A DNA stretch of 57,876 nt from Acidimicrobiia bacterium (GCA_035711995.1 DASTBQ010000085.1:1-57876); one strand, 5' to 3'. Positions 34,591 to 44,623 are shown, counted from the stretch's first letter. The notes: generated by a model not told the origin, from the letters alone. Numbers and translations: made by a program.

Positions 34591-35970
34591 GTGCCGAGCC
34601 GAGACCGTCGTGTGGTAGTCGTCGCAAATCGTCTCCCCATTGCATACGACAGTGACACAGGGGAGTGGAGGACGAGTCCCGGGGGTCTGGTCTCCGCACT
34701 CACTCCCATCCTGCAGCGGACCAGGGGGAGTTGGGTGGGATGGAGCGGAATATCCGACGAGAAATTCGACCCTTTCACCCACTCGGACATCAACCAGGTT
34801 CCCGTGACGATGACCCAGGAGGAGTACGAAGACTTCTACGTCGGCTTTTGTAACGGGACACTGTGGCCCCTCTACCACGATTCGATCAGGGCCCCCCAGT
34901 TCCATCGTCACTGGTGGCGTCCCTACGAAGCGGTGAACAGACGGTTCGCCGAGACCGCCGCCGAGACTCTCGGTCGAGACGATGTCGCCTGGGTCCAGGA
35001 CTATCAACTCCAACTGGTGCCGCAGATGATCCGGCATGCAAAGGATGTCCATCGGATCGGTTTCTACCTGCACATCCCTTTCCCACCAGTCGAGTTGTTC
35101 GCCAAGCTGCCCTGGCGCCGCCAGGTGCTCGAAGGTCTTCTCGGAGCCGACGTCCTCGCGTTTCAGTCGCGGTCGAGCCGGACCAACTTCGCCGTCGCCG
35201 CCCGTCGGCTCGCCGGGGCCACGGGATCATCGTCGAGGCTCGAGTGGGACCACAGGACTGTCACTCTCCAGGTGGCTCCGATCGGAATCGATACCTCGGT
35301 CTTCGACGATCTGGCAATGTCAGAAGAGACGGCCCGCGACGCCGAAGAGATCCGGTCACAACTCGGTGACCCCGAGGTCGTGGTCTTGGGGGTCGACAGG
35401 CTGGACTACACCAAGGGGATCGACTTCCGGATGAGGGCGTTGCAGACCTTGTTCGAACATCGCCCCGAACTGATCGGCAAAGTCATGTTCGTCCAAATCG
35501 CCGTGCCCAGCAGGGAGGATGTCGAGGAGTATCGCCAGATTCGCGCCGACATCGAAAGGCTCGTCGGTCGTATCAACGGCGACTTCGCCGAGGTGGGGCG
35601 GCCTCCGATCCATTATCTCCACCGTTCTGTCCCCATCGAAGAGTTGGTGGCCTATTACCGGGCCGCAGACGTGATGTTCGTCACGCCGCTTCGTGATGGG
35701 ATGAACCTGGTCGCAAAGGAGTATGTGGCCACCCGATTCGACGAGACCGGCGCACTGATCCTCTCCGAGTTTGCCGGGGCTGCCGAGGAGTTCACCCAGT
35801 CGTACCTGGTGAATCCTTACGACCTGGAGGCTATGGCGCGAACACTCGCAGACGCGATCGAAACCGCTTCGGTCAGAGGAAACCGAAGGATGCGTGCCCT
35901 TCGACGATCGGTTGGATCACACGATGTGTTCTGGTGGGCCGAACAGTGTCTGGGAGCTCTGGGTCTTTGA
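34591..35970 (+). CDS. otsA: alpha,alpha-trehalose-phosphate synthase (UDP/ADP-forming)
   Basis: [40 protein letters not shown] and [13 protein letters not shown] are present. Confidence 0.9.
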   Translation: MPSRDRRVVVVANRLPIAYDSDTGEWRTSPGGLVSALTPILQRTRGSWVGWSGISDEKFDPFTHSDINQVPVTMTQEEYEDFYVGFCNGTLWPLYHDSIRAPQFHRHWWRPYEAVNRRFAETAAETLGRDDVAWVQDYQLQLVPQMIRHAKDVHRIGFYLHIPFPPVELFAKLPWRRQVLEGLLGADVLAFQSRSSRTNFAVAARRLAGATGSSSRLEWDHRTVTLQVAPIGIDTSVFDDLAMSEETARDAEEIRSQLGDPEVVVLGVDRLDYTKGIDFRMRALQTLFEHRPELIGKVMFVQIAVPSREDVEEYRQIRADIERLVGRINGDFAEVGRPPIHYLHRSVPIEELVAYYRAADVMFVTPLRDGMNLVAKEYVATRFDETGALILSEFAGAAEEFTQSYLVNPYDLEAMARTLADAIETASVRGNRRMRALRRSVGSHDVFWWAEQCLGALGL

Positions 35971-36683
35971 GCCTCACCGATGCAGTCGATCGAGCCATGA
36001 GGAGGGGGAGAATCCTCGTGGCTGTCGACTTCGACGGCACGCTCGCGCCACTGGTGGACCACCCTGGCTCAGCGATTCCAGACTCAGGAGCGTTGGAGTA
36101 TCTCCGTCAATTGGTGGCATCAGAGCAGGTGCAGGTCGCCATCGTCTCCGGGCGCTCTCTGGCGGACTTGCAGCATCGTCTCGGTGAGTTTCCGGGTGCC
36201 ATCCTCATCGGGGAGCACGGCAACGATCTCGGCGAAGAAGTGGAGATCGATTACACCATCGAGGATGCCCGGCGATTCGTCGAGGCGCTTCGGGCCGGTC
36301 GTGAGATCGTCGTCGAGCACAAGCCGCGCAGCGTGACGTTCCACACCAGGACCTTGGAACCGGAGTCGAAGGCTGATGCTGTCTCTGCCTTGCGGACATG
36401 GGTGACCGAGCATCCCGACGTGACGATGCTGCAGGGCAAGGATGTCATCGAGTTGAGTGTCGCCGATCGGACCAAAGGTGACGCCGTCCTCGACCTCGCA
36501 TCGGACGTGGACGCGGTCGTCTACATCGGAGATGACACCACCGACGAGACCGTCTTCGCGGTTCTCGGTGTTGACGACGTCGGAGTGAAGGTGGGGCCTG
36601 GGCCTACCGCAGCGAAGTATCGGGTCGAAGACGTGAGCGGGGTTGTTGATGTTCTGCGAGTTCTCGCTCTAGCGTCCTCCTGA
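35934..36683 (+). CDS. otsB: trehalose-phosphatase (HAD superfamily)
   Basis: VAVDFDGTLAP, VSGR, and GDDTTDE are present. The start is uncertain: GTG at 35934, TTG at 35967 (TTGA overlap with the otsA stop) or ATG at 35997. Confidence 0.85.
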   Translation: MGRTVSGSSGSLSLTDAVDRAMRRGRILVAVDFDGTLAPLVDHPGSAIPDSGALEYLRQLVASEQVQVAIVSGRSLADLQHRLGEFPGAILIGEHGNDLGEEVEIDYTIEDARRFVEALRAGREIVVEHKPRSVTFHTRTLEPESKADAVSALRTWVTEHPDVTMLQGKDVIELSVADRTKGDAVLDLASDVDAVVYIGDDTTDETVFAVLGVDDVGVKVGPGPTAAKYRVEDVSGVVDVLRVLALASS

Positions 36684-38293
36684 TGGCGAGAACCTCAAGT
36701 TCGACGTGGTGGAAGCACGCCGTCTTCTATCAGATCTACCCGCTCAGCTTCGCCGACTCGAACGGCGATTCGTTCGGGGATCTCCAAGGACTCATCGCCA
36801 AACTCGACTACCTATCGGGGATCCTCGGAGTCGACGCGCTGTGGTTGTCGCCGTTCTTCAAGAGCCCAATGAAGGACTGGGGATACGACGTGTCGGATCA
36901 CACCGACATCGATCCGACCTTCGGCACACTCGACGATGCCAGACAACTGGTCGACGAGGCACACTCCCGCGGGCTGAAGGTGGTGATCGACTACGTGATC
37001 AACCACACGTCCGACGAGCATCCCTGGTTCAAGGAGTCCCGGTCCAGTCGGGACAACCCGAAGAGAGATTGGTACGTCTGGCGCGATGGGCGGTCGGAGG
37101 GGGAACCACCAACCAACTGGATCAGCGTGTTCTCCGGTCCGGCCTGGTCATTCGACGACGCAACCGGCCAGTGGTACCGGCACACCTACCTGAGTGAGCA
37201 ACCCGACCTGAATTGGCGGAACCCCGAAGTGGTGGAAGCGATGTTCGACGTGGCCAGATTCTGGCTCGACCTCGGCGTCGACGGCTTCCGTGTCGACGCC
37301 GCCCATCAGATGATGAAGGACCCCGAGGAGCGGGACAACCCGCCGGCGCCGCCCGACTACCCCCGGCCTTACAAGGACATGGGCGAATATGACGGTCTGA
37401 TCCATCTGTACGACTTCGGCCACCCCGATGTCCATGACATGCACCGCGAACTCCGGAAGGTGACCGAGAGCGTCGACAGGGAGATCTTGACGGTGGGTGA
37501 AGTCCACATCTTCGATCTGCCCGAATGGGCCTCCTATTACGGGGAGAATTTCGACCAGTTGAGCATGCCGTTCAACTTCCAACTCATGACTGCAGATTGG
37601 AATGTCCCCTCGCTGCGGGCGATCATCGAGGCGGTCCTCTGGAATGTCCCGGTAGGTGGATGGACCAATTGGACCCTGGGGAATCACGACGAGATAAGAC
37701 TCGCGACACGGCTGCCTGAAGGCCACACCGGACTGGCCGCACTCCTCCTTCTCACGATGCGAGGGACTCCGTTCCTCTACTACGGGGACGAATTGGGGAT
37801 GCGACAAGTGGCAGTTTCCCAATCAGATTCGCGAGACCCATGGGGTCACAACGTCGAATGGTTGAGTCGGGACGGGGCTCGCACCCCAATGCAATGGAGT
37901 GCCCAGCCCAATGCTGGATTCACCGCCGAAGGTGTGGTGCCATGGCTTCCCATCGATCCCGGATACAGCACAATCAACGTCGACACAGAACTCGAAGACC
38001 CGGACTCGACACTGAACCTCTATCGGCGATTGCTCCAGCTCCGCCGGGAGCACTCCGCCCTCAGGATCGGATCCTTTCTCACCCACCCGTCCTCCACTGA
38101 AGAAGTCTTCGCCTACCGACGTGAGTCGGACTCTGAGACGATGACAGTCGTACTCAACTTCAGCGACGAGGAGCGATCGGTCGAGGTTGGTCGCGGCGAC
38201 ATCGTCTTCTCGACTCTCGACCGCAATCGCCTGGGTCGGTGTCGTGCGGAGGTAGGTCTGGCGTCTCGCGAAGGGATCGTGATCAGCCACTGA
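36683..38293 (+). CDS. GH13 alpha-glucosidase (oligo-1,6-glucosidase / trehalose-6-phosphate hydrolase-like)
   Basis: WWKHAVFYQIYPLSF.DSNGD..GDL.G, DYVINHTS, GFRVDAAH, TVGEV and LGNHDE are the conserved GH13 regions. The ATG shares one nt with the otsB stop. Confidence 0.9.
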   Translation: MARTSSSTWWKHAVFYQIYPLSFADSNGDSFGDLQGLIAKLDYLSGILGVDALWLSPFFKSPMKDWGYDVSDHTDIDPTFGTLDDARQLVDEAHSRGLKVVIDYVINHTSDEHPWFKESRSSRDNPKRDWYVWRDGRSEGEPPTNWISVFSGPAWSFDDATGQWYRHTYLSEQPDLNWRNPEVVEAMFDVARFWLDLGVDGFRVDAAHQMMKDPEERDNPPAPPDYPRPYKDMGEYDGLIHLYDFGHPDVHDMHRELRKVTESVDREILTVGEVHIFDLPEWASYYGENFDQLSMPFNFQLMTADWNVPSLRAIIEAVLWNVPVGGWTNWTLGNHDEIRLATRLPEGHTGLAALLLLTMRGTPFLYYGDELGMRQVAVSQSDSRDPWGHNVEWLSRDGARTPMQWSAQPNAGFTAEGVVPWLPIDPGYSTINVDTELEDPDSTLNLYRRLLQLRREHSALRIGSFLTHPSSTEEVFAYRRESDSETMTVVLNFSDEERSVEVGRGDIVFSTLDRNRLGRCRAEVGLASREGIVISH

Positions 38294-38316
38294 TCGTCCT
38301 GGCATGATGTGGTGTC

Positions 38317-39867
38317 ATGGACTCACCCGACCGCCTGGGCGGGATACTGGGCACAGACCAATACCAGCTGGCGATGGCCCAGGTCTATTGGAAAGAGGGC
38401 CTGGCCGAGCGGTCGGCTCAATTCGACTACTTCTTCAGGCGTTATCCCGACTACGGGAATCATCAGGCTGGATACTGCGTCACCGCGGGTCTGGGTTGGC
38501 TTCTCGAGTGGATGGAAGACGTCCGCTTCGAGAGCGCTGACCTCGAGGTGCTCGCCGAGCAAAGAAGCGCAACTGGTGATTCGAGATTCGATCGGGGGTT
38601 CATCGACTGGCTTGGAGAGCACGGAGACCTCTCGGCGGTGACTGTCGAAGCCGTGCCCGAAGGTCGCGTGGTCCACGCCAATGCTCCGATTGCGATCGTC
38701 CGGGGTCCACTGGCGATGACTCAGATACTGGAGACACCGTTTCTGAACCGGCTCAACTATCCCTCACTCATCGCTACCAAGGCGGCCCGCGTCGACGACG
38801 CGGCCCGGGGCGGGGCGGTTCTCGAGTTCGGAATGAGACGCGGACCCCATACTGGTGTTCACGCCGGAGGTAGAGCAGCTCTGGTCGGGGGCGCCGACTT
38901 CACGTCGAATGTCGCCCTGTCACATGCAGTTGGTCTCGATCCCAAGGGAACTCATGCCCATTCGATGGTCCAGGCGTTCATGGCGCTCGGGGACACCGAA
39001 GTGGAGGCCTTCCGCCGTTTCGCCAACCTCTACCCGGACGAGTGCATCCTGCTAGTCGACACAATCGATGTGCTCAACTCCGGGGTGCCAAATGCGATCT
39101 CCGTTTTCGAGGAGCTGGCCAGTGCGGGCCACAAGCCGGTGGGGATCCGGATCGACTCGGGCGACCTGGCGTACATGACGATCCAGTCGGCGTTGCTGCT
39201 CGACGCAGCCGGTTTCAATGAGGTGTCGATCGTCCTCTCGTCTGACCTCGACGAACTGGTGATCTGGCAGATCCTGTCTCAACTCGAGGCTGAGGCTCCC
39301 AGGTATGAGTTGGATGCCGCCCATCTGGTGGCGCGGGTCACGTTCGGGGTGGGCACGCGTCTCATCACCTCGCATGGTGACCCGGCGCTCGGAGGGGTCT
39401 ACAAACTGGTTGCGATTCAGGGAAGAGAAGGTGACTGGCGACCTGCCATCAAGATCTCAGAGAACATCGAGAAGATGGCGGTCCCCGGTGAGAAGAGGGT
39501 CACCAGGGTCTATGACGCCCGCGGACTGGCGACGGTGGACATCATCGCGGGCGCTGACGAGGATCCACTCTCGGAAGACCAGATCGAGTTGTTCCACCCC
39601 CACAGGGACCTCAGACGGACGATCGAGAAGTCGAGTGTCTCTGACTCCGAGGACTTGCTGGACTCGGTTTTCGAGTCGGGGCGTCGCAACGACGGTTCAC
39701 CCGATCTCGAAACCTTGCGGCAGCGTCGGGTACGAGATCTGGACAGACTCGATCCGGGAGTCAGACGTCTGGTCAACCCCCACATCTATCACGTGTCGCT
39801 GACCCGCGGCGTCAAGGAACTACAGAAGTCCCTGGTCAGAGAATTAAGTCACGGCGACGCCGGCTGA
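38317..39867 (+). CDS. pncB: nicotinate phosphoribosyltransferase (long form)
   Basis: TDQYQLAMAQVYW, EFGMRRG, GTHAHS and IRIDSGDL are present. 516 aa. Confidence 0.9.
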   Translation: MDSPDRLGGILGTDQYQLAMAQVYWKEGLAERSAQFDYFFRRYPDYGNHQAGYCVTAGLGWLLEWMEDVRFESADLEVLAEQRSATGDSRFDRGFIDWLGEHGDLSAVTVEAVPEGRVVHANAPIAIVRGPLAMTQILETPFLNRLNYPSLIATKAARVDDAARGGAVLEFGMRRGPHTGVHAGGRAALVGGADFTSNVALSHAVGLDPKGTHAHSMVQAFMALGDTEVEAFRRFANLYPDECILLVDTIDVLNSGVPNAISVFEELASAGHKPVGIRIDSGDLAYMTIQSALLLDAAGFNEVSIVLSSDLDELVIWQILSQLEAEAPRYELDAAHLVARVTFGVGTRLITSHGDPALGGVYKLVAIQGREGDWRPAIKISENIEKMAVPGEKRVTRVYDARGLATVDIIAGADEDPLSEDQIELFHPHRDLRRTIEKSSVSDSEDLLDSVFESGRRNDGSPDLETLRQRRVRDLDRLDPGVRRLVNPHIYHVSLTRGVKELQKSLVRELSHGDAG

Positions 39868-40422
39868 GACCAAGGCCGCCACGGTTCGGAACCCATCACC
39901 GGGTTCGAGATTCACCGCCCGGGTTCCGTCGGCGAGCACCACAGTGTCGAACCGCTCAACTGCGTCGAGAGCTGTCTCCTTCACGCAGTAGTCGAGGGCC
40001 AGACCGACCACCACCACTTTGTCGATCCCTTCCAGACGGTCAGCCAGACCTGTGGGGGTCACTTCACCGGTGATCGGATCGCGCACGTTGAAAGACGAGT
40101 AGCCGTCTTCACCTCCGACCCCAGTCTTGATGAACAGGGCCTCGGCCCTGACGTCGAGTCCGGGGTGGAACTCAGCACCGGGAGTCCCGGCGACACAGTG
40201 GACGGGCCAGATCCCCCCATCCTTTTCGAAATGGGGGGTGACCGAAGGATGCCAGTCCTGGGTGTAGACCATGGTGCTGCCTGCGGCGACGGCCTCTTCG
40301 ATCTGTCCGTTTATGAACACGATCGTCTCATCGCCACCCTGCACATACAGACTGCCCTCGGGGTCGGCGAAGTCATTTTGGACGTCGACCACGATCAACG
40401 CGGTCGATTTGCTGTAGTTCAT
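39844..40422 (-). CDS. pncA: nicotinamidase / isochorismatase-family hydrolase
   Basis: The ATG at 40422 gives MNYSKSTALIVVDVQNDF, with TQDWHP, the WPVHCV metal site and the LALDYCV catalytic Cys. The ORF-track extension to 40884 is Pro/Arg-rich and antisense to the TauE gene. Confidence 0.85.
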   Translation of the reverse strand: MNYSKSTALIVVDVQNDFADPEGSLYVQGGDETIVFINGQIEEAVAAGSTMVYTQDWHPSVTPHFEKDGGIWPVHCVAGTPGAEFHPGLDVRAEALFIKTGVGGEDGYSSFNVRDPITGEVTPTGLADRLEGIDKVVVVGLALDYCVKETALDAVERFDTVVLADGTRAVNLEPGDGFRTVAALVSAGVAVT

Positions 40423-40453
40423 CGTCACGAACAAGACCCTAGGCTGAGAACGA

Positions 40454-41233
40454 GTGGACCAGTCGAAACCCGTGGATGTGTGGAAGCTGGCACTGTTGGG
40501 TCTGGCGGCCGGTGTCCTGGGTGGGGGTCTCGGCGTTGGAGGAGGCATCATCCTGGTGCCGCTCCTCGTATACGTCGGGATGGAGCGACATCGAGCCCAC
40601 GCCACCTCACTCGCAGCCATCGTCATGATCTCTATCGCGGGGGCGATCTCATTCGGCGTGTCAGGCGAGATCGACCTCACGATGGGTGTGATCCTCGGCA
40701 TCGGAGGGATCCTCGGCTCTGTGATCGGAGCCAGCGTCATGCACCGCGCGAGTCCCAAAGCCTTGACCATTGTCTTCGCATGTGTCCTTCTGGTTGCGGG
40801 TCTGCGACTCATCTTCAGTGGCGATCCGCTCCCAGGGTCGGCCGAGTTCTCGACGACGGCCCAGACCGCGATCGCCGTTGCCATCGGTTTCGTGGCCGGG
40901 TTCTTCGCCGGCCTCGCCGGGATCGGTGGGGGGGTGGTGATAGTCCCTTCGTCAGTCCTGCTGCTCGGTCTCGATCAGCACGAAGCCCAGGGGACGTCCC
41001 TGGTCGCCATCGTCTTCACGTCGCTGGCCGGGACGATCGTCAACCTCAAAAACAAGCGAGTCCGCCCTCGTGACGGACTCGCTGCTGGCGCCGGCGGCGT
41101 GGTCGGTTCACTGATCGGCTCACGCCTCGCCCTCATGATCGACGAACGCACCCTTGCGATGGTGTTTGGACTCCTGGTGCTCTTTGTCGCCGTGAGATCG
41201 CTATACGGAGCACTCCGACCGGTTCCTGCTTAG
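40454..41233 (+). CDS. TauE/SafE-family sulfite/anion exporter
   Basis: The membrane protein has two halves, each with GGGLGVGGGIILVP and GLAGIGGGVVIVP type motifs. Confidence 0.85.
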   Translation: MDQSKPVDVWKLALLGLAAGVLGGGLGVGGGIILVPLLVYVGMERHRAHATSLAAIVMISIAGAISFGVSGEIDLTMGVILGIGGILGSVIGASVMHRASPKALTIVFACVLLVAGLRLIFSGDPLPGSAEFSTTAQTAIAVAIGFVAGFFAGLAGIGGGVVIVPSSVLLLGLDQHEAQGTSLVAIVFTSLAGTIVNLKNKRVRPRDGLAAGAGGVVGSLIGSRLALMIDERTLAMVFGLLVLFVAVRSLYGALRPVPA

Positions 41234-41466
41234 ACCTGCTCGACCTCGGAATCCGACAGCGGGTCATCATCCTTACGGCCACTAGCCGCCGGGACGATGA
41301 TCGCTATACCGACCACCACCAGTAGCACTGGCCAGAACCAGGCTCCGAAGTCGTCCAGTAGAGCGACGATGTCGGTTGGGTCTGCGGGGATCAGGAATGC
41401 CAGTCCGATCACAGTGGCGATCAAGCCGGCGATGAAGGATAGAGGGTCGAATTTGTGGGGTTTCAT
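41230..41466 (-). CDS. small two-helix membrane protein
   Basis: 78 aa with two hydrophobic helices. Its start lies 2 nt after the PspC-domain gene stop, so it is co-transcribed. Confidence 0.5.
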   Translation of the reverse strand: MKPHKFDPLSFIAGLIATVIGLAFLIPADPTDIVALLDDFGAWFWPVLLVVVGIAIIVPAASGRKDDDPLSDSEVEQV

Positions 41467-41468
41467 GG

Positions 41469-42707
41469 TCAGCCTTCCCTGATGATCGTGATGTTGCCCA
41501 GATCGACATGTGCTTCGAGGAACACGGTTCCGTCGGGTCCCGGGTCGTTCCAGGTCAAGGTGGGGTCGCCGAGGCCACCAGTGGAGCGCCCAGGCTCAGA
41601 CACCCGGCCGACATCGACGGTGGCCGTGCCGATGATCCCAACGTCGTTGGGTATCACGATCTCCATGTTTCCGGCGTCCACTGCGGCCTCGATGTCGACC
41701 TCCTCGCCGTCCCAGGGGAGTTCGGTGAGGTCGATCCGCATGTTGCCGAGGTCGATCGCGTAGTCACTCTGGACCTCGGAGAAGCTCAGCGGTGTCGTGT
41801 TGAGGTTCAAGTCGCGTGACTCCCAGTTGTACGTCCAGAAGGACGAAAACGCCAGAGTCGGAACCAGGAGTACCGAGATCAGGATCAACCAGCGCGCTCT
41901 CCCCGCGAAGGCGCCTACCAGCAGCCCGATACCAATGATGGTGACAGCGAGCGCCACGTAGTGATACGGCTCCGGCTCAACGTCGACGCCAGGGAGGTTG
42001 TCCAGCAGAGCGAGGACACCCAGCCCGATCGCAACCACTCCCAGTGTCAGCCTGCCCAGTATCGACCGTTCACGCGGGGGAGCAGGTGGTCGAGGCGGCG
42101 GTGGCGACGCGGGGGTGGGTGGAGGTGTTGATCCGCCGGCGGGGGAGTCGCCAGAGGGCTTCTTGTCGAGGACGAGCGTGTCACTCGTCACGTCGGTACT
42201 GGTCATTTGTTGAACTCCCTCCTTTGACTCAGCCACATGTTCGGCGGTTGTCACGCTCCTTGGATCAGAACGGGACCACCCGGGGATGTAGCCGAGGTAG
42301 AGAAGGAGCCCGGCTACGAGGAGGACACCCGCCCACACGACTTCGCCTGCGAGAATCGTGAAGTTGGTCAGGAGTATCAATCCGGCGAGGACGATCAACC
42401 CGAGCCCGACCCACGAAGAGGGTCCGGCGGCACCGGAGAAGAATCTCTCAGCCGGGGAGGTGGATTCATCCTCCGAACGAATGAAGGCCCAACCGGCTGC
42501 GTACAAGGCGACACCGAGGCCGCCCATGAAGGCAGTGACGATGAAGAACAATCGAGGGATCCACCCGGAGATGCCGAAGTTGTCGGCGATCCCCTGTGAA
42601 ACGCCGGCGATCATGCGGCCGTTCAGTGGCCGCACCAACTCCTGACGCTCCTGGACCCGCTCCGATGTTCCCGTAGCGGACGTGTCTGTCTGTTCCATGT
42701 CATCCAT
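41469..42707 (-). CDS. PspC-domain membrane protein with LiaF-like C-terminal beta-domain
   Basis: The PspC motif is RPLNGRMIAGVSQGIADNFGISGWIPRLFF. Several TM helices and a Pro-rich linker follow. The C-terminal repeats (DLGNMRIDL.., AVDAGNMEIVIP.., HVDLGNITII) resemble the LiaF/DUF2154 domain. Confidence 0.8.
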   Translation of the reverse strand: MDDMEQTDTSATGTSERVQERQELVRPLNGRMIAGVSQGIADNFGISGWIPRLFFIVTAFMGGLGVALYAAGWAFIRSEDESTSPAERFFSGAAGPSSWVGLGLIVLAGLILLTNFTILAGEVVWAGVLLVAGLLLYLGYIPGWSRSDPRSVTTAEHVAESKEGVQQMTSTDVTSDTLVLDKKPSGDSPAGGSTPPPTPASPPPPRPPAPPRERSILGRLTLGVVAIGLGVLALLDNLPGVDVEPEPYHYVALAVTIIGIGLLVGAFAGRARWLILISVLLVPTLAFSSFWTYNWESRDLNLNTTPLSFSEVQSDYAIDLGNMRIDLTELPWDGEEVDIEAAVDAGNMEIVIPNDVGIIGTATVDVGRVSEPGRSTGGLGDPTLTWNDPGPDGTVFLEAHVDLGNITIIREG

Positions 42708-42737
42708 TAGGTCAGACCAGAAGGTTTTCGTGAATAG

Positions 42738-43991
42738 GTGACCACCCTGATTCGACCCTCATCGATCTCAGGGGGTTCCCCGATTGAGGTTCGTCTCGAG
42801 GACAGGCATCATTCCGTTGTGGAATCCGCATCGGAGCTCCGATCGTTCTACCCCCATCGTCGCAGGACCAACCGGGTGGTTGCCGGGGTCGCCGGGGGTA
42901 TCGCCGACACCCTCGGGGTGCGTGACGGCTATGTGCGTGCCGCGTTCATAACGCTTGTGGCTGTTTGGGGTCTCGGTCTGGTTCTCTATCTGCTCGCCTG
43001 GCTCGTCACCTACGAACGAGTCCAAGACTCGCCCGCCGAGATGGTCGAAAGCAGTCGGGCCGTCGGTCTTGGAATCGCGTTTGCGGGGCTCCTCTTCTTG
43101 CTGGGCGCTTTGGACATGTGGCCGCACCCTGTCTTCGTACTGGCCACCGCGGCTCTTTCGTTCGGCACCGCCGCCTTGACCGATCCTTCAAGCCCAGGTC
43201 CTCTCGTTGCCCTCGTCAACCCCGAGGTGGAACGGGTCAGCAAGGTCAGGCTCCTTCTTGGAGCCGCCCTGCTCGTAGGTGGCATCGTGATGCTGTCCGC
43301 CAGCGTCGGGAACATCTTCAGCGTGGGTACGGTCTTTCTCGCCGTATTGCTCACCGGTCTCGGGATTCTCATCGCCTTTGGGCCCTGGGTGAAGCGACTC
43401 ATCACTGATCTGGGAGCTGAGCGCAGTGAGCGGGTGCGTCAGGAAGAACGCGCCCAAGTGGCGGCGCACCTCCACGACTCGGTACTTCAGACTCTCGCCC
43501 TGATCCAGCGGAGTGACGACCCCCAGCGCATGGCGATGTTGGCGAGACACCAGGAGTCGGAGTTGCGAGACTGGCTGTATGGGACCTCGCCCCTGAATGG
43601 TGTCGACCTCCTTTCGACCGCCCTGAAGCAGGCGGCGAGCCGGGTCGAAGAGGACTTTCAGATCCCGATCGACGTGGTGACGGTCGGTGATGCGACTGTC
43701 GATGAGGGCACCCGTGCCCTCGTCGGTGCGGCTACGGAGGCCATGGTCAACGCGGCGAAGCACTCCGGGGCTCCCAGGATCTCGCTGTACATGGAGGTCG
43801 ACGAGGACGAAGCTGATGTCGAGGTCTACGTGACAGATCAAGGCAAGGGTTTCACACCCGAGGAGGTTCCCGATGACCGCAGGGGAATTTCGGACTCCAT
43901 CACCTCGCGAATCGACAAGGTGGGCGGATCGGTGGAAATCACCTCCGAGCCCGGTGAGGGCACCGAGGTGATGTTGAGGCTGGGCTTGTGA
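42738..43991 (+). CDS. PspC-domain sensor histidine kinase (LiaS/NarX-type, HisKA_3)
   Basis: The N-terminal PspC motif is RTNRVVAGVAGGIADTLGV, followed by TM helices. The H-box is AAHLHDSVLQTL. HATPase motifs are VNAAKHS, DQGKGF and GEGT. Confidence 0.85.
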   Translation: MTTLIRPSSISGGSPIEVRLEDRHHSVVESASELRSFYPHRRRTNRVVAGVAGGIADTLGVRDGYVRAAFITLVAVWGLGLVLYLLAWLVTYERVQDSPAEMVESSRAVGLGIAFAGLLFLLGALDMWPHPVFVLATAALSFGTAALTDPSSPGPLVALVNPEVERVSKVRLLLGAALLVGGIVMLSASVGNIFSVGTVFLAVLLTGLGILIAFGPWVKRLITDLGAERSERVRQEERAQVAAHLHDSVLQTLALIQRSDDPQRMAMLARHQESELRDWLYGTSPLNGVDLLSTALKQAASRVEEDFQIPIDVVTVGDATVDEGTRALVGAATEAMVNAAKHSGAPRISLYMEVDEDEADVEVYVTDQGKGFTPEEVPDDRRGISDSITSRIDKVGGSVEITSEPGEGTEVMLRLGL

Positions 43992-44623
43992 GCGTCTCGG
44001 TGTTCCTCGTCGACGATCATCGGCTTTTCCTCTCCGGTGTGAGAGCAGAGTTGTCCGAGGAGTTCACGATCGTCGGAACGGCCTACGACGTGGACACCGC
44101 GATCGAACTGATCAGGGGTCATGGGCCCGATGTGGTGTTGATAGATGTGCACATGCCCGATGGAGGTGGTATCGCAGTCGTGGAGAGTGTCGGAGAAACG
44201 AACCCCGATGTGAAGTTCCTGGCACTCTCGGTTTCCGACCAGGCAGAAGACGTGATCGCGATGATTCGAGCTGGTGCCCGTGGATACGTCACCAAGACGA
44301 TCGAGCCCGAAGAGCTCGCTGACGCCATTCGTCGCATCAATGCCGGAGATGCCGTGTTCTCACCTCGTCTGGCGGGGTTCGTCCTCGATGCCTTCGCCGG
44401 CGCGCTCCCTTCAGAAGACGACCCCGAACTCGACCAGTTGACCTCGAGAGAGAAGGACGTCTTGCGTTTGATAGCTCGAGGTTTTGCCTACAAACAAGTT
44501 GCCCGAAAGCTGAACATCTCGGTAAAGACGGTCGAAACTCACGTTTCTTCGGTACTCCGCAAGCTCCAGCTCACCAACCGCCACGAGCTGGCCAGATGGG
44601 CGAGCAAACGACGCATCGTCTGA
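43988..44623 (+). CDS. LuxR/NarL-family response regulator
   Basis: The REC domain has VFLVDDH and VVLIDVHMPDGGG. The C-terminal HTH reads LTSREKDVLRLIARGFAYKQVARKLNISVKTVETH. It overlaps the kinase stop by 4 nt. Confidence 0.9.
   Translation: MSVSVFLVDDHRLFLSGVRAELSEEFTIVGTAYDVDTAIELIRGHGPDVVLIDVHMPDGGGIAVVESVGETNPDVKFLALSVSDQAEDVIAMIRAGARGYVTKTIEPEELADAIRRINAGDAVFSPRLAGFVLDAFAGALPSEDDPELDQLTSREKDVLRLIARGFAYKQVARKLNISVKTVETHVSSVLRKLQLTNRHELARWASKRRIV

Noticed and set aside
34531-35073. N-terminal 181-codon extension of the pirin ORF
   Set aside because: It would overlap the otsA gene by almost 500 nt on the opposite strand, and it has no pirin-like sequence. An internal ATG at 34530 gives a normal-length pirin.
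40423-40884. N-terminal 154-codon extension of the nicotinamidase ORF
   Set aside because: It is Pro/Arg/Thr-rich and antisense to the well-supported TauE/SafE gene. The isochorismatase fold begins at the ATG at 40422.
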